From: Auanema rhodensis
Lineage: Eukaryota > Animalia > Nematoda
Direction of reading: 5' to 3'
Length of the DNA: 64,000 bases
NCBI GenBank assembly: GCA_964057225.1
Contig: OZ059895.1
Location: forward strand, 3,162,001-3,226,000
How positions within the stretch are numbered: the first letter of the stretch is position 1; every line of letters begins with the position of its first letter. Shown here piece after piece: positions 26,998-40,400 of the stretch. The translations under genes and the position numbers were made by a program. Below the pieces are notes generated by a model that saw only the letters and a list, made by a program, of their open reading frames with translations, did no database searches and was not told the DNA's origin.

Positions 26998-27796
26998 CTA
27001 GTAAAACATGCCCTTCAAAGCATCAGAACATGTGATCACATTCCAATTTTTTTGTATCTATCTTGTAAAGATAGTAATATATCATATGTTGAACACTATG
27101 TTGGAAAGATTTTAATTCAGATTTTCTAACTTTTATTCAGTTTGTTTTTTAAACTTTGATTAAGAACTTTGATTTTTGTACAAACATAAATTATACGCAG
27201 CACAGGTTACCCTTAAATAATGAACTGACCGACTAATCAGACATGGATCTTTCCTAGTTCTGTTGCTTGAATGGATGTTTTCCTACGTAGGCTAGTAAAA
27301 CATGCCCTTCAAAGCATCAGAACATGTGATCACATTCCAATTTTTTTGAAATCTATCTTGTAAAGATAGTAATAAACTTTGATTTTTGTACACCCATAAA
27401 TTATACGCAGCACAGGTTACCCTTAAATAATGAACTGACCGACTAATCAGACATGGATCTTTCCAAGTTCTGTTGCTTGAACGGATGTTTTCCTACGTAG
27501 GCTAGTAAAACATGCCCTTCAAAGCATCAGAACATGTGACCACATTCCAATTTTTTTGTATCTATCTTGTAAAGATAATAATATATCATATGTTGAACAC
27601 TATGTTGGAAAGATTTTAATTCACATTTTTTCAACTTTCACTCAATTTGTTTTCTAAACTTTGATTAAGAACTTTGATTTTTGTACACCCATAAATTATA
27701 CGCAGCACAGGTTACCCTTGAATAATGAACTGACCGACTAATCAGACATGGATCTTTCCTAGTTCTGTTGCTTGAATGGATGTTTTCCTACGTAGG

Positions 27797-28005
27797 CTAG
27801 TAAAACATGCCCTTCAAAGCATCAGAACATGTGATCACAATCCAATTTTTTTGTATCTATCTTGTAAAGATAGTAATAAACTTTGATTTTTGTACACCCA
27901 TAAATTATACGCAGCACAGGTTACCCTTAAATAATGAACTGACCGACTAATCAGACATGGATCTTTCCTAGTTCTGTTGCTTGAATGGATGTTTTCCTAC
28001 GTAGG
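27797..28005 (+). repeat. First 209 bp deletion monomer (same junction as the 210 bp type, without the GAAATC insertion)
   Basis: Anchors at 27797 and 28006. Sequence TGTATCTATCTTGTAAAGATAGTAATAAACTTTG. Confidence 0.93.
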
Positions 28006-31000
28006 CTAGTAAAACATGCCCTTCAAAGCATCAGAACATGTGACCACATTCCAATTTTTTTGTATCTATCTTGTAAAGATAGTAATATATCATATGTTGA
28101 ACACTATGTTGGAAAGATTTTAATTCAGATTTACGAACTTTTATTCAGTTTGTTTTTTAAACTTTGATTAAGAACTTTGATTTTTGTACACCCATAAATT
28201 ATACGCAGCACAGGTTACCCTTAATTAATGAACTGACCGACTAATCAGACATGGATCTTTCCAAGTTCTGTTGCTTGAACGGATGTTTTCCTACGTAGGC
28301 TAGTAAAACATGCCCTTCAAAGCATCAGAACATGTGATCACATTCCAATTTTTTTGTATCTATCTTGTAAAGATAGTAATATATCATATGTTGAACACTA
28401 TGTTGGAAAGATTTTAATTCAGATTTTCTAACTTTTATTCAGTTTGTTTTTTAAACTTTGATTAAGAACTTTGATTTTTGTACACCCATAAATTATACGC
28501 AGCACAGGTTACCCTTGAATAATGAACTGACCGACTAATCAGACATGGATCTTTCCTAGTTCTGTTGCTTGAATGGATGTTTTCCTACGTAGGCTAGTAA
28601 AACATGCCCTTCAAAGCATCAGAACATGTGATCACATTCCAATTTTTTTGTATCTTTCTTGTAAAGATAGTAATATATCATATGTTGAACACTATGTTGG
28701 AAAGATTTTAATTCAGATTTTCGAACTTTTATTCAGTTTGTTTTTTAAACTTTGATTAAGAACTTTGATTTTTGTACACCCATAAATTATACGCAGCACA
28801 GGTTACCCTTAATTAATGAACTGACCGACTAATCAGACATGGATCTTTCCAAGTTCTGTTGCTTGAACGGATGTTTTCCTACGAAGGCTAGTAAAACATG
28901 CCCTTCAAAGCATCAGAACATGTGATCACATTCCAATATTTTTGTATCTATCTTGTAAAGATAGTAATATATCATATGTTGAACACTATGTTGGAAAGAT
29001 TTTAATTCAGATTTTCTAACTTTTATTCAGTTTGTTTTTTAAACTTTGATTAAGAACTTTGATTTTTGTACACCCATAAATTATACGCAGCACAGGTTAC
29101 ACTTAAATAATGAACTGACCGACTAATCAGACATGGATCTTTCCTAGTTCTGTTGCTTGAATGGATGTTTTCCTACGTAGGCTAGTAAAACATGCCCTTC
29201 AAAGCATCAGAACATGTGATCACATTCCAATTTTTTTGTATCTATCTTGTAAAGATAGTAATATATCATATGTTGAACACTATGTTGGAAAGATTTTAAT
29301 TCAGATTTACGAACTTTTATTCAGTTTGTTTTTTAAACTTTGATTAAGAACTTTGATTTTTGTACACCCATAAATTATACGCAGCACAGGTTACCCTTAA
29401 TTAATGAACTGACCGACTAATCAGACATGGATCTTTCCAAGTTCTGTTGCTTGAACGGATGTTTTCCTACGTAGGCTAGTAAAACATGCCCTTCAAAGCA
29501 TCAGAACATGTGATCACATTCCAATTTTTTTGTATCTATCTTGTAAAGATAGTAATATATCATATGTTGAACACTATGTTGGAAAGATTTTAATTCAGAT
29601 TTTCTAACTTTTATTCAGTTTGTTTTTTAAACTTTGATTAAGAACTTTGATTTTTGTACACCCATAAATTATACGCAGCACAGGTTACCCTTAAATAATG
29701 AACTGACCGACTAATCAGACATGGATCTTTCCTAGTTCTGTTGCTTGAATGGATGTTTTCCTACGTAGGCTAGTAAAACATGCCCTTCAAAGCATCAGAA
29801 CATGTGATCACATTCCAATTTTTTTGTATCTATCTTGTAAAGATAGTAATATATCATATGTTGAACACTATGTTGGAAAGATTTTAATTCAGATTTTCGA
29901 ACTTTTATTCAGTTTGTTTTTTAAACTTTGATTAAGAACTTTGATTTTTGTACACCCATAAATTATACGCAGCACAGGTTACCCTTAATTAATGAACTGA
30001 CCGACTAATCAGACATGGATCTTTCCAAGTTCTGTTGCTTGAACGGATGTTTTCCTACGTAGGCTAGTAAAACATGCCCTTCAAAGCATCAGAACATGTG
30101 ACCACATTCCAATTTTTTTGTATCTATCTTGTAAAGATAGTAATATATCATATGTTGAACACTATGTTGGAAAGATTTTAATTCAGATTTTTTCAACTTT
30201 CACTCAATTTGTTTTCTAAACTTTGATTAAGAACTTTGATTTTTGTACACCCATAAATTATACGCAGCACAGGTTACCCTTGAATAATGAACTGACCGAC
30301 TAATCAGACATGGATCTTTCCAAGTTCTGTTGCTTGAACGGATGTTTTCCTACGTAGGCTAGTAAAACATGCCCTTCAAAGCATCAGAACATGTGATCAC
30401 ATTCCATTTTTTTTGTATCTATCTTGTAAAGATAGTAATATATCATATGTTGAACACTATGTTGGAAAGATTTTAATTCAGATTTTCTAACTTTTATTCA
30501 GTTTGTTTTTTAAACTTTGATTAAGAACTTTGATTTTTGTACACCCATAAATTATACGCAGCACAGGTTACCCTTAAATAATGAACTGACCGACTAATCA
30601 GACATGGATCTTTCCTAGTTCTGTTGCTTGAATGGATGTTTTCCTACGTAGGCTAGTAAAACATGCCCTTCAAAGCATCAGAACATGTGATCACATTCCA
30701 ATTTTTTTGAAATCTATCTTGTAAAGATAGTAATATATCATATGTTGAACACTATGTTGGAAAGATTTTAATTCAGATTTTTTCAACTTTCACTCAGTTT
30801 GTTTTCTAAACTTTGATTAAGAACCTTGTTGTTTGTACACCCATAAAATATACGCAGCACAGGTTACCCTTAAATAATGAACTGACCGTCTAATCAGACA
30901 TGGATCTTCCCAAGTTCTGTTGCTTGAATGGATGTTTTCCTACGTAGGCTAGTAAAACATGCCCTTCAAAGCATCAGAACATGTGATCACATTCCAATTT

Positions 31001-34000
31001 TTTTGTATCTATCTTGTAAAGATAGTAATATATCATATGTTGAACACTATGTTGGAAAGATTTTAATTCAGATTTTCTAACTTTTATTCAGTTTGTTTTT
31101 TAAACTTTGATTAAGAACTTTGATTTTTGTACAATCATAAATTATACGCAGCACAGGTTACCCTTAAATAATGAACTGACCGACTAATCAGACATGGATC
31201 TTTCCTAGTTCTGTTGCTTGAATGGATGTTTTCCTACGTAGGCTAGTAAAACATGCCCTTCAAAGCATCAGAACATGTGATCACATTCCAATTTTTTTGT
31301 ATCTATCTTGTAAAGATGATAATATATCATATGTTGAACACTATGTTGGAAAGATTTTAATTCACATTTTTTCAACTTTCACTCAATTTGTTTTCTAAAC
31401 TTTGATTAAGAACTTTGATTTTTGTACACCCATAAATTATACGCAGCACAGGTTACCCTTGAATAATGAACTGACCGACTAATCAGACATGGATCTTTCC
31501 TAGTTCTGTTGCTTGAATGGATGTTTTCCTACGTAGGCTAGTAAAACATGCCCTTCAAAGCATCAGAACATGTGATCACATTCCAATTTTTTTGTATCTA
31601 TCTTGTAAAGATAGTAATAAACTTTGATTTTTGTACACCCATAAATTATACGCAGCACAGGTTACCCTTAAATAATGAACTGACCGACTAATCAGACATG
31701 GATCTTTCCTAGTTCTGTTGCTTGAATGGATGTTTTCCTACGTAGGCTAGTAAAACATGCCCTTCAAAGCATCAGAACATGTGACCACATTCCAATTTTT
31801 TTGTATCTATCTTGTAAAGATAATAATATATCATATGTTGAACACAATGTTGGAAAGATTTTAATTCACATTTTTTCAACTTTCACTCAATTTGTTTTCT
31901 AAACTTTGATTAAGAACTTTGATTTTTGTACACCCATAAATTATACGCAGCACAGGTTACCCTTGAATAATGAACTGACCGACTAATCAGACATGGATCT
32001 TTCCTAGTTCTGTTGCTTGAATGGATGTTTTCCTACGTAGGCTAGTAAAACATGCCCTTCAAAGCATCAGAACATGTGATCACATTCCAATTTTTTTGAA
32101 ATCTATCTTGTAAAGATAGTAATAAACTTTGATTTTTGTACACCCATAAATTATACGCAGCACAGGTTACCCTTAAATAATGAACTGACCGACTAATCAG
32201 ACATGGATCTTTCCTAGTTCTGTTGCTTGAATGGATGTTTTCCTACGTAGGCTAGTAAAACATGCCCTTCAAAGCATCAGAACATGTGATCACATTCCAA
32301 TTTTTTTGTATCTTTCTTGTAAAGATAGTAATATATCATATGTTGAACACTATGTTGGAAAGATTTTAATTCAGATTTTCGAACTTTTATTCAGTTTGTT
32401 TTTTAAACTTTGATTAAGAACTTTGATTTTTGTACACCCATAAATTATACGCAGCACAGGTTACCCTTAATTAATGAACTGACCGACTAATCAGACATGG
32501 ATCTTTCCAAGTTCTGTTGCTTGAACGGATGTTTTCCTACGAAGGCTAGTAAAACATGCCCTTCAAAGCATCAGAACATGTGATCACATTCCAATATTTT
32601 TGTATCTATCTTGTAAAGATAGTAATATATCATATGTTGAACACTATGTTGGAAAGATTTTAATTCAGATTTTCTAACTTTTATTCAGTTTGTTTTTTAA
32701 ACTTTGATTAAGAACTTTGATTTTTGTACACCCATAAATTATACGCAGCACAGGTTACCCTTAATTAATGAACTGACCGACTAATCAGACATGGATCTTT
32801 CCAAGTTCTGTTGCTTGAACGGATGTTTTCCTACGTAGGCTAGTAAAACATGCCCTTCAAAGCATCAGAACATGTGACCACATTCCAATTTTTTTGTATC
32901 TATCTTGTAAAGATAGTAATATATCATATGTTGAACACTATGTTGGAAAGATTTTAATTCAGATTTTTTCAACTTTCACTCAATTTGTTTTCTAAACTTT
33001 GATTAAGAACTTTGATTTTTGTACACCCATAAATTATACGCAGCACAGGTTACCCTTGAATAATGAACTGACCGACTAATCAGACATGGATCTTTCCAAG
33101 TTCTGTTGCTTGAACGGATGTTTTCCTACGTAGGCTAGTAAAACATGCCCTTCAAAGCATCAGAACATGTGATCACATTCCATTTTTTTTGTATCTATCT
33201 TGTAAAGATAGTAATATATCATATGTTGAACACTATGTTGGAAAGATTTTAATTCAGATTTTCTAACTTTTATTCAGTTTGTTTTTTAAACTTTGATTAA
33301 GAACTTTGATTTTTGTACACCCATAAATTATACGCAGCACAGGTTACCCTTAAATAATGAACTGACCGACTAATCAGACATGGATCTTTCCTAGTTCTGT
33401 TGCTTGAATGGATGTTTTCCTACGTAGGCTAGTAAAACATGCCCTTCAAAGCATCAGAACATGTGATCACATTCCAATTTTTTTGAAATCTATCTTGTAA
33501 AGATAGTAATATATCATATGTTGAACACTATGTTGGAAAGATTTTAATTCAGATTTTTTCAACTTTCACTCAGTTTGTTTTCTAAACTTTGATTAAGAAC
33601 CTTGTTGTTTGTACACCCATAAAATATACGCAGCACAGGTTACCCTTAAATAATGAACTGACCGTCTAATCAGACATGGATCTTCCCAAGTTCTGTTGCT
33701 TGAATGGATGTTTTCCTACGTAGGCTAGTAAAACATGCCCTTCAAAGCATCAGAACATGTGATCACATTCCAATTTTTTTGTATCTATCTTGTAAAGATA
33801 GTAATATATCATATGTTGAACACTATGTTGGAAAGATTTTAATTCAGATTTTCTAACTTTTATTCAGTTTGTTTTTTAAACTTTGATTAAGAACTTTGAT
33901 TTTTGTACAATCATAAATTATACGCAGCACAGGTTACCCTTAAATAATGAACTGACCGACTAATCAGACATGGATCTTTCCTAGTTCTGTTGCTTGAATG

Positions 34001-35027
34001 GATGTTTTCCTACGTAGGCTAGTAAAACATGCCCTTCAAAGCATCAGAACATGTGATCACATTCCAATTTTTTTGTATCTATCTTGTAAAGATAATAATA
34101 TATCATATGTTGAACACTATGTTGGAAAGATTTTAATTCACATTTTTTCAACTTTCACTCAATTTGTTTTCTAAACTTTGATTAAGAACTTTGATTTTTG
34201 TACACCCATAAATTATACGCAGCACAGGTTACCCTTGAATAATGAACTGACCGACTAATCAGACATGGATCTTTCCTAGTTCTGTTGTTTGAATGGATGT
34301 TTTCCTACGTAGGCTAGTAAAACATGCCCTTCAAAGCATCAGAACATGTGATCACATTCCAATTTTTTTGTATCTATCTTGTAAAGATAGTAATAAACTT
34401 TGATTTTTGTACACCCATAAATTATACGCAGCACAGGTTACCCTTAAATAATGAACTGACCGACTAATCAGACATGGATCTTTCCTAGTTCTGTTGCTTG
34501 AATGGATGTTTTCCTACGTAGGCTAGTAAAACATGCCCTTCAAAGCATCAGAACATGTGACCACATTCCAATTTTTTTGTATCTATCTTGTAAAGATAAT
34601 AATATATCATATGTTGAACACAATGTTGGAAAGATTTTAATTCACATTTTTTCAACTTTCACTCAATTTGTTTTCTAAACTTTGATTAAGAACTTTGATT
34701 TTTGTACACCCATAAATTATACGCAGCACAGGTTACCCTTGAATAATGAACTGACCGACTAATCAGACATGGATCTTTCCTAGTTCTGTTGCTTGAATGG
34801 ATGTTTTCCTACGTAGGCTAGTAAAACATGCCCTTCAAAGCATCAGAACATGTGATCACATTCCAATTTTTTTGAAATCTATCTTGTAAAGATAGTAATA
34901 AACTTTGATTTTTGTACACCCATAAATTATACGCAGCACAGGTTACCCTTAAATAATGAACTGACCGACTAATCAGACATGGATCTTTCCTAGTTCTGTT
35001 GCTTGAATGGATGTTTTCCTACGTAGG

Positions 35028-37422
35028 CTAGTAAAACATGCCCTTCAAAGCATCAGAACATGTGATCACATTCCAATTTTTTTGTATCTTTCTTGTAAAG
35101 ATAGTAATATATCATATGTTGAACACTATGTTGGAAAGATTTTAATTCAGATTTTCGAACTTTTATTCAGTTTGTTTTTTAAACTTTGATTAAGAACTTT
35201 GATTTTTGTACACCCATAAATTATACGCAGCACAGGTTACCCTTAATTAATGAACTGACCGACTAATCAGACATGGATCTTTCCAAGTTCTGTTGCTTGA
35301 ACGGATGTTTTCCTACGAAGGCTAGTAAAACATGCCCTTCAAAGCATCAGAACATGTGATCACATTCCAATATTTTTGTATCTATCTTGTAAAGATAGTA
35401 ATATATCATATGTTGAACACTATGTTGGAAAGATTTTAATTCAGATTTTCTAACTTTTATTCAGTTTGTTTTTTAAACTTTGATTAAGAACTTTGATTTT
35501 TGTACACCCATAAATTATACGCAGCACAGGTTACACTTAAATAATGAACTGACCGACTAATCAGACATGGATCTTTCCTAGTTCTGTTGCTTGAATGGAT
35601 GTTTTCCTACGTAGGCTAGTAAAACATGCCCTTCAAAGCATCAGAACATGTGATCACATTCCAATTTTTTTGTATCTATCTTGTGAAGATAGTAATATAT
35701 CATATGTTGAACACTATGTTGGAAAGATTTTAATTCAGATTTACGAACTTTTATTCAGTTTGTTTTTTAAACTTTGATTAAGAACTTTGATTTTTGTACA
35801 CCCATAAATTATACGCAGCACAGGTTACCCTTAATTAATGAACTGACCGACTAATCAGACATGGATCTTTCCAAGTTCTGTTGCTTGAACGGATGTTTTC
35901 CTACGTAGGCTAGTAAAACATGCCCTTCAAAGCATCAGAACATGTGATCACATTCCAATTTTTTTGTATCTATCTTGTAAAGATAGTAATATATCATATG
36001 TTGAACACTATGTTGGAAAGATTTTAATTCAGATTTTCTAACTTTTATTCAGTTTGTTTTCTAAACTTTGATTAAGAACTTTGATTTTTGTACACCCATA
36101 AATTATACGCAGCACAGGTTACCCTTGAATAATGAACTGACCGACTAATCAGACATGGATCTTTCCTAGTTCTGTTGCTTGAATGGATGTTTTCCTACGT
36201 AGGCTAGTAAAACATGCCCTTCAAAGCATCAGAACATGTGATCACATTCCAATTTTTTTGAAATCTATCTTGTAAAGATAGTAATAAACTTTGATTTTTG
36301 TACACCCATAAATTATACGCAGCACAGGTTACCCTTAAATAATGAACTGACCGACTAATCAGACATGGATCTTTCCTAGTTCTGTTGCTTGAATGGATGT
36401 TTTCCTACGTAGGCTAGTAAAACATGCCCTTCAAAGCATCAGAACATGTGATCACATTCCAATTTTTTTGTATCTATCTTGTAAAGATAATAATATATCA
36501 TATGTTGAACACTATGTTGGAAAGATTTTAATTCACATTTTTTCAACTTTCACTCAATTTGTTTTCTAAACTTTGATTAAGAACTTTGATTTTTGTACAC
36601 CCATAAATTATACGCAGCACAGGTTACTCTTGAATAATGAACTGACCGACTAATCAGACATGGATCTTTCCTAGTTCTGTTGCTTGAATGGATGTTTTCC
36701 TACGTAGGCTAGTAAAACATGCCCTTCAAAGCATCAGAACATGTGATCACATTCCAATTTTTTTGTATCTATCTTGTAAAGATAGTAATAAACTTTGATT
36801 TTTGTACACCCATAAATTATACGCAGCACAGGTTACCCTTAAATAATGAACTGACCGACTAATCAGACATGGATCTTTCCTAGTTCTGTTGCTTGAATGG
36901 ATGTTTTCCTACGTAGGCTAGTAAAACATGCCCTTCAAAGCATCAGAACATGTGACCACATTCCAATTTTTTTGTATCTATCTTGTAAAGATAATAATAT
37001 ATCATATGTTGAACACAATGTTGGAAAGATTTTAATTCACATTTTTTCAACTTTCACTCAATTTGTTTTCTAAACTTTGATTAAGAACTTTGATTTTTGT
37101 ACACCCATAAATTATACGCAGCACAGGTTACCCTTGAATAATGAACTGACCGACTAATCAGACATGGATCTTTCCTAGTTCTGTTGCTTGAATGGATGTT
37201 TTCCTACGTAGGCTAGTAAAACATGCCCTTCAAAGCATCAGAACATGTGATCACATTCCAATTTTTTTGAAATCTATCTTGTAAAGATAGTAATAAACTT
37301 TGATTTTTGTACACCCATAAATTATACGCAGCACAGGTTACCCTTAAATAATGAACTGACCGACTAATCAGACATGGATCTTTCCTAGTTCTGTTGCTTG
37401 AATGGATGTTTTCCTACGTAGG
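35028..37422 (+). repeat. Canonical 9-mer higher-order repeat, 2395 bp
   Basis: 294x4+210+295+209+295+210 = 2395, which equals the ORF offset 35007 to 37402. It recurs intact at 61589-63983. Confidence 0.92.
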
Positions 37423-40400
37423 CTAGTAAAACATGCCCTTCAAAGCATCAGAACATGTGATCACATTCCAATTTTTTTGTATCTTTCTTGTAAAGATAGT
37501 AATATATCATATGTTGAACACTATGTTGGAAAGATTTTAATTCAGATTTTCGAACTTTTATTCAGTTTGTTTTTTAAACTTTGATTAAGAACTTTGATTT
37601 TTGTACACCCATAAATTATACGCAGCACAGGTTACCCTTAATTAATGAACTGACCGACTAATCAGACATGGATCTTTCCAAGTTCTGTTGCTTGAACGGA
37701 TGTTTTCCTACGAAGGCTAGTAAAACATGCCCTTCAAAGCATCAGAACATGTGATCACATTCCAATTTTTTTGTATCTATCTTGTGAAGATAGTAATATA
37801 TCATATGTTGAACACTATGTTGGAAAGATTTTAATTCAGATTTACGAACTTTTATTCAGTTTGTTTTTTAAACTTTGATTAAGAACTTTGATTTTTGTAC
37901 ACCCATAAATTATACGCAGCACAGGTTACCCTTAATTAATGAACTGACCGACTAATCAGACATGGATCTTTCCAAGTTCTGTTGCTTGAACGGATGTTTT
38001 CCTACGTAGGCTAGTAAAACATGCCCTTCAAAGCATCAGAACATGTGATCACATTCCAATTTTTTTGTATCTATCTTGTAAAGATAGTAATATATCATAT
38101 GTTGAACACTATGTTGGAAAGATTTTAATTCAGATTTTCTAACTTTTATTCAGTTTGTTTTCTAAACTTTGATTAAGAACTTTGATTTTTGTACACCCAT
38201 AAATTATACGCAGCACAGGTTACCCTTGAATAATGAACTGACCGACTAATCAGACATGGATCTTTCCTAGTTCTGTTGCTTGAATGGATGTTTTCCTACG
38301 TAGGCTAGTAAAACATGCCCTTCAAAGCATCAGAACATGTGATCACATTCCAATTTTTTTGAAATCTATCTTGTAAAGATAGTAATAAACTTTGATTTTT
38401 GTACACCCATAAATTATACGCAGCACAGGTTACCCTTAAATAATGAACTGACCGACTAATCAGACATGGATCTTTCCTAGTTCTGTTGCTTGAATGGATG
38501 TTTTCCTACGTAGGCTAGTAAAACATGCCCTTCAAAGCATCAGAACATGTGATCACATTCCAATTTTTTTGTATCTATCTTGTAAAGATAATAATATATC
38601 ATATGTTGAACACTATGTTGGAAAGATTTTAATTCACATTTTTTCAACTTTCACTCAATTTGTTTTCTAAACTTTGATTAAGAACTTTGATTTTTGTACA
38701 CCCATAAATTATACGCAGCACAGGTTACTCTTGAATAATGAACTGACCGACTAATCAGACATGGATCTTTCCTAGTTCTGTTGCTTGAATGGATGTTTTC
38801 CTACGTAGGCTAGTAAAACATGCCCTTCAAAGCATCAGAACATGTGATCACATTCCAATTTTTTTGTATCTATCTTGTAAAGATAGTAATAAACTTTGAT
38901 TTTTGTACACCCATAAATTATACGCAGCACAGGTTACCCTTAAATAATGAACTGACCGACTAATCAGACATGGATCTTTCCTAGTTCTGTTGCTTGAATG
39001 GATGTTTTCCTACGTAGGCTAGTAAAACATGCCCTTCAAAGCATCAGAACATGTGACCACATTCCAATTTTTTTGTATCTATCTTGTAAAGATAATAATA
39101 TATCATATGTTGAACACAATGTTGGAAAGATTTTAATTCACATTTTTTCAACTTTCACTCAATTTGTTTTCTAAACTTTGATTAAGAACTTTGATTTTTG
39201 TACACCCATAAATTATACGCAGCACAGGTTACCCTTGAATAATGAACTGACCGACTAATCAGACATGGATCTTTCCTAGTTCTGTTGCTTGAATGGATGT
39301 TTTCCTACGTAGGCTAGTAAAACATGCCCTTCAAAGCATCAGAACATGTGATCACATTCCAATTTTTTTGAAATCTATCTTGTAAAGATAGTAATAAACT
39401 TTGATTTTTGTACACCCATAAATTATACGCAGCACAGGTTACCCTTAAATAATGAACTGACCGACTAATCAGACATGGATCTTTCCTAGTTCTGTTGCTT
39501 GAATGGATGTTTTCCTACGTAGGCTAGTAAAACATGCCCTTCAAAGCATCAGAACATGTGATCACATTCCAATTTTTTTGTATCTTTCTTGTAAAGATAG
39601 TAATATATCATATGTTGAACACTATGTTGGAAAGATTTTAATTCAGATTTTCGAACTTTTATTCAGTTTGTTTTTTAAACTTTGATTAAGAACTTTGATT
39701 TTTGTACACCCATAAATTATACGCAGCACAGGTTACCCTTAATTAATGAACTGACCGACTAATCAGACATGGATCTTTCCAAGTTCTGTTGCTTGAACGG
39801 ATGTTTTCCTACGAAGGCTAGTAAAACATGCCCTTCAAAGCATCAGAACATGTGATCACATTCCAATATTTTTGTATCTATCTTGTAAAGATAGTAATAT
39901 ATCATATGTTGAACACTATGTTGGAAAGATTTTAATTCAGATTTTCTAACTTTTATTCAGTTTGTTTTTTAAACTTTGATTAAGAACTTTGATTTTTGTA
40001 CACCCATAAATTATACGCAGCACAGGTTACCCTTAATTAATGAACTGACCGACTAATCAGACATGGATCTTTCCAAGTTCTGTTGCTTGAACGGATGTTT
40101 TCCTACGAAGGCTAGTAAAACATGCCCTTCAAAGCATCAGAACATGTGATCACATTCCAATATTTTTGTATCTATCTTGTAAAGATAGTAATATATCATA
40201 TGTTGAACACTATGTTGGAAAGATTTTAATTCAGATTTTCTAACTTTTATTCAGTTTGTTTTTTAAACTTTGATTAAGAACTTTGATTTTTGTACACCCA
40301 TAAATTATACGCAGCACAGGTTACACTTAAATAATGAACTGACCGACTAATCAGACATGGATCTTTCCTAGTTCTGTTGCTTGAATGGATGTTTTCCTAC

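Larger units (their letters stand above)
24095..31290 (+). repeat. Block duplication with 3951 bp offset (about 24.1-27.3 kb copied at about 28.0-31.3 kb)
   Basis: Four ORFs are offset by 3951 (24034/27985, 24622/28573, 25210/29161, 25798/29749). The 296 bp monomers are at 26702 and 30653. Boundaries are approximate. Confidence 0.9.
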
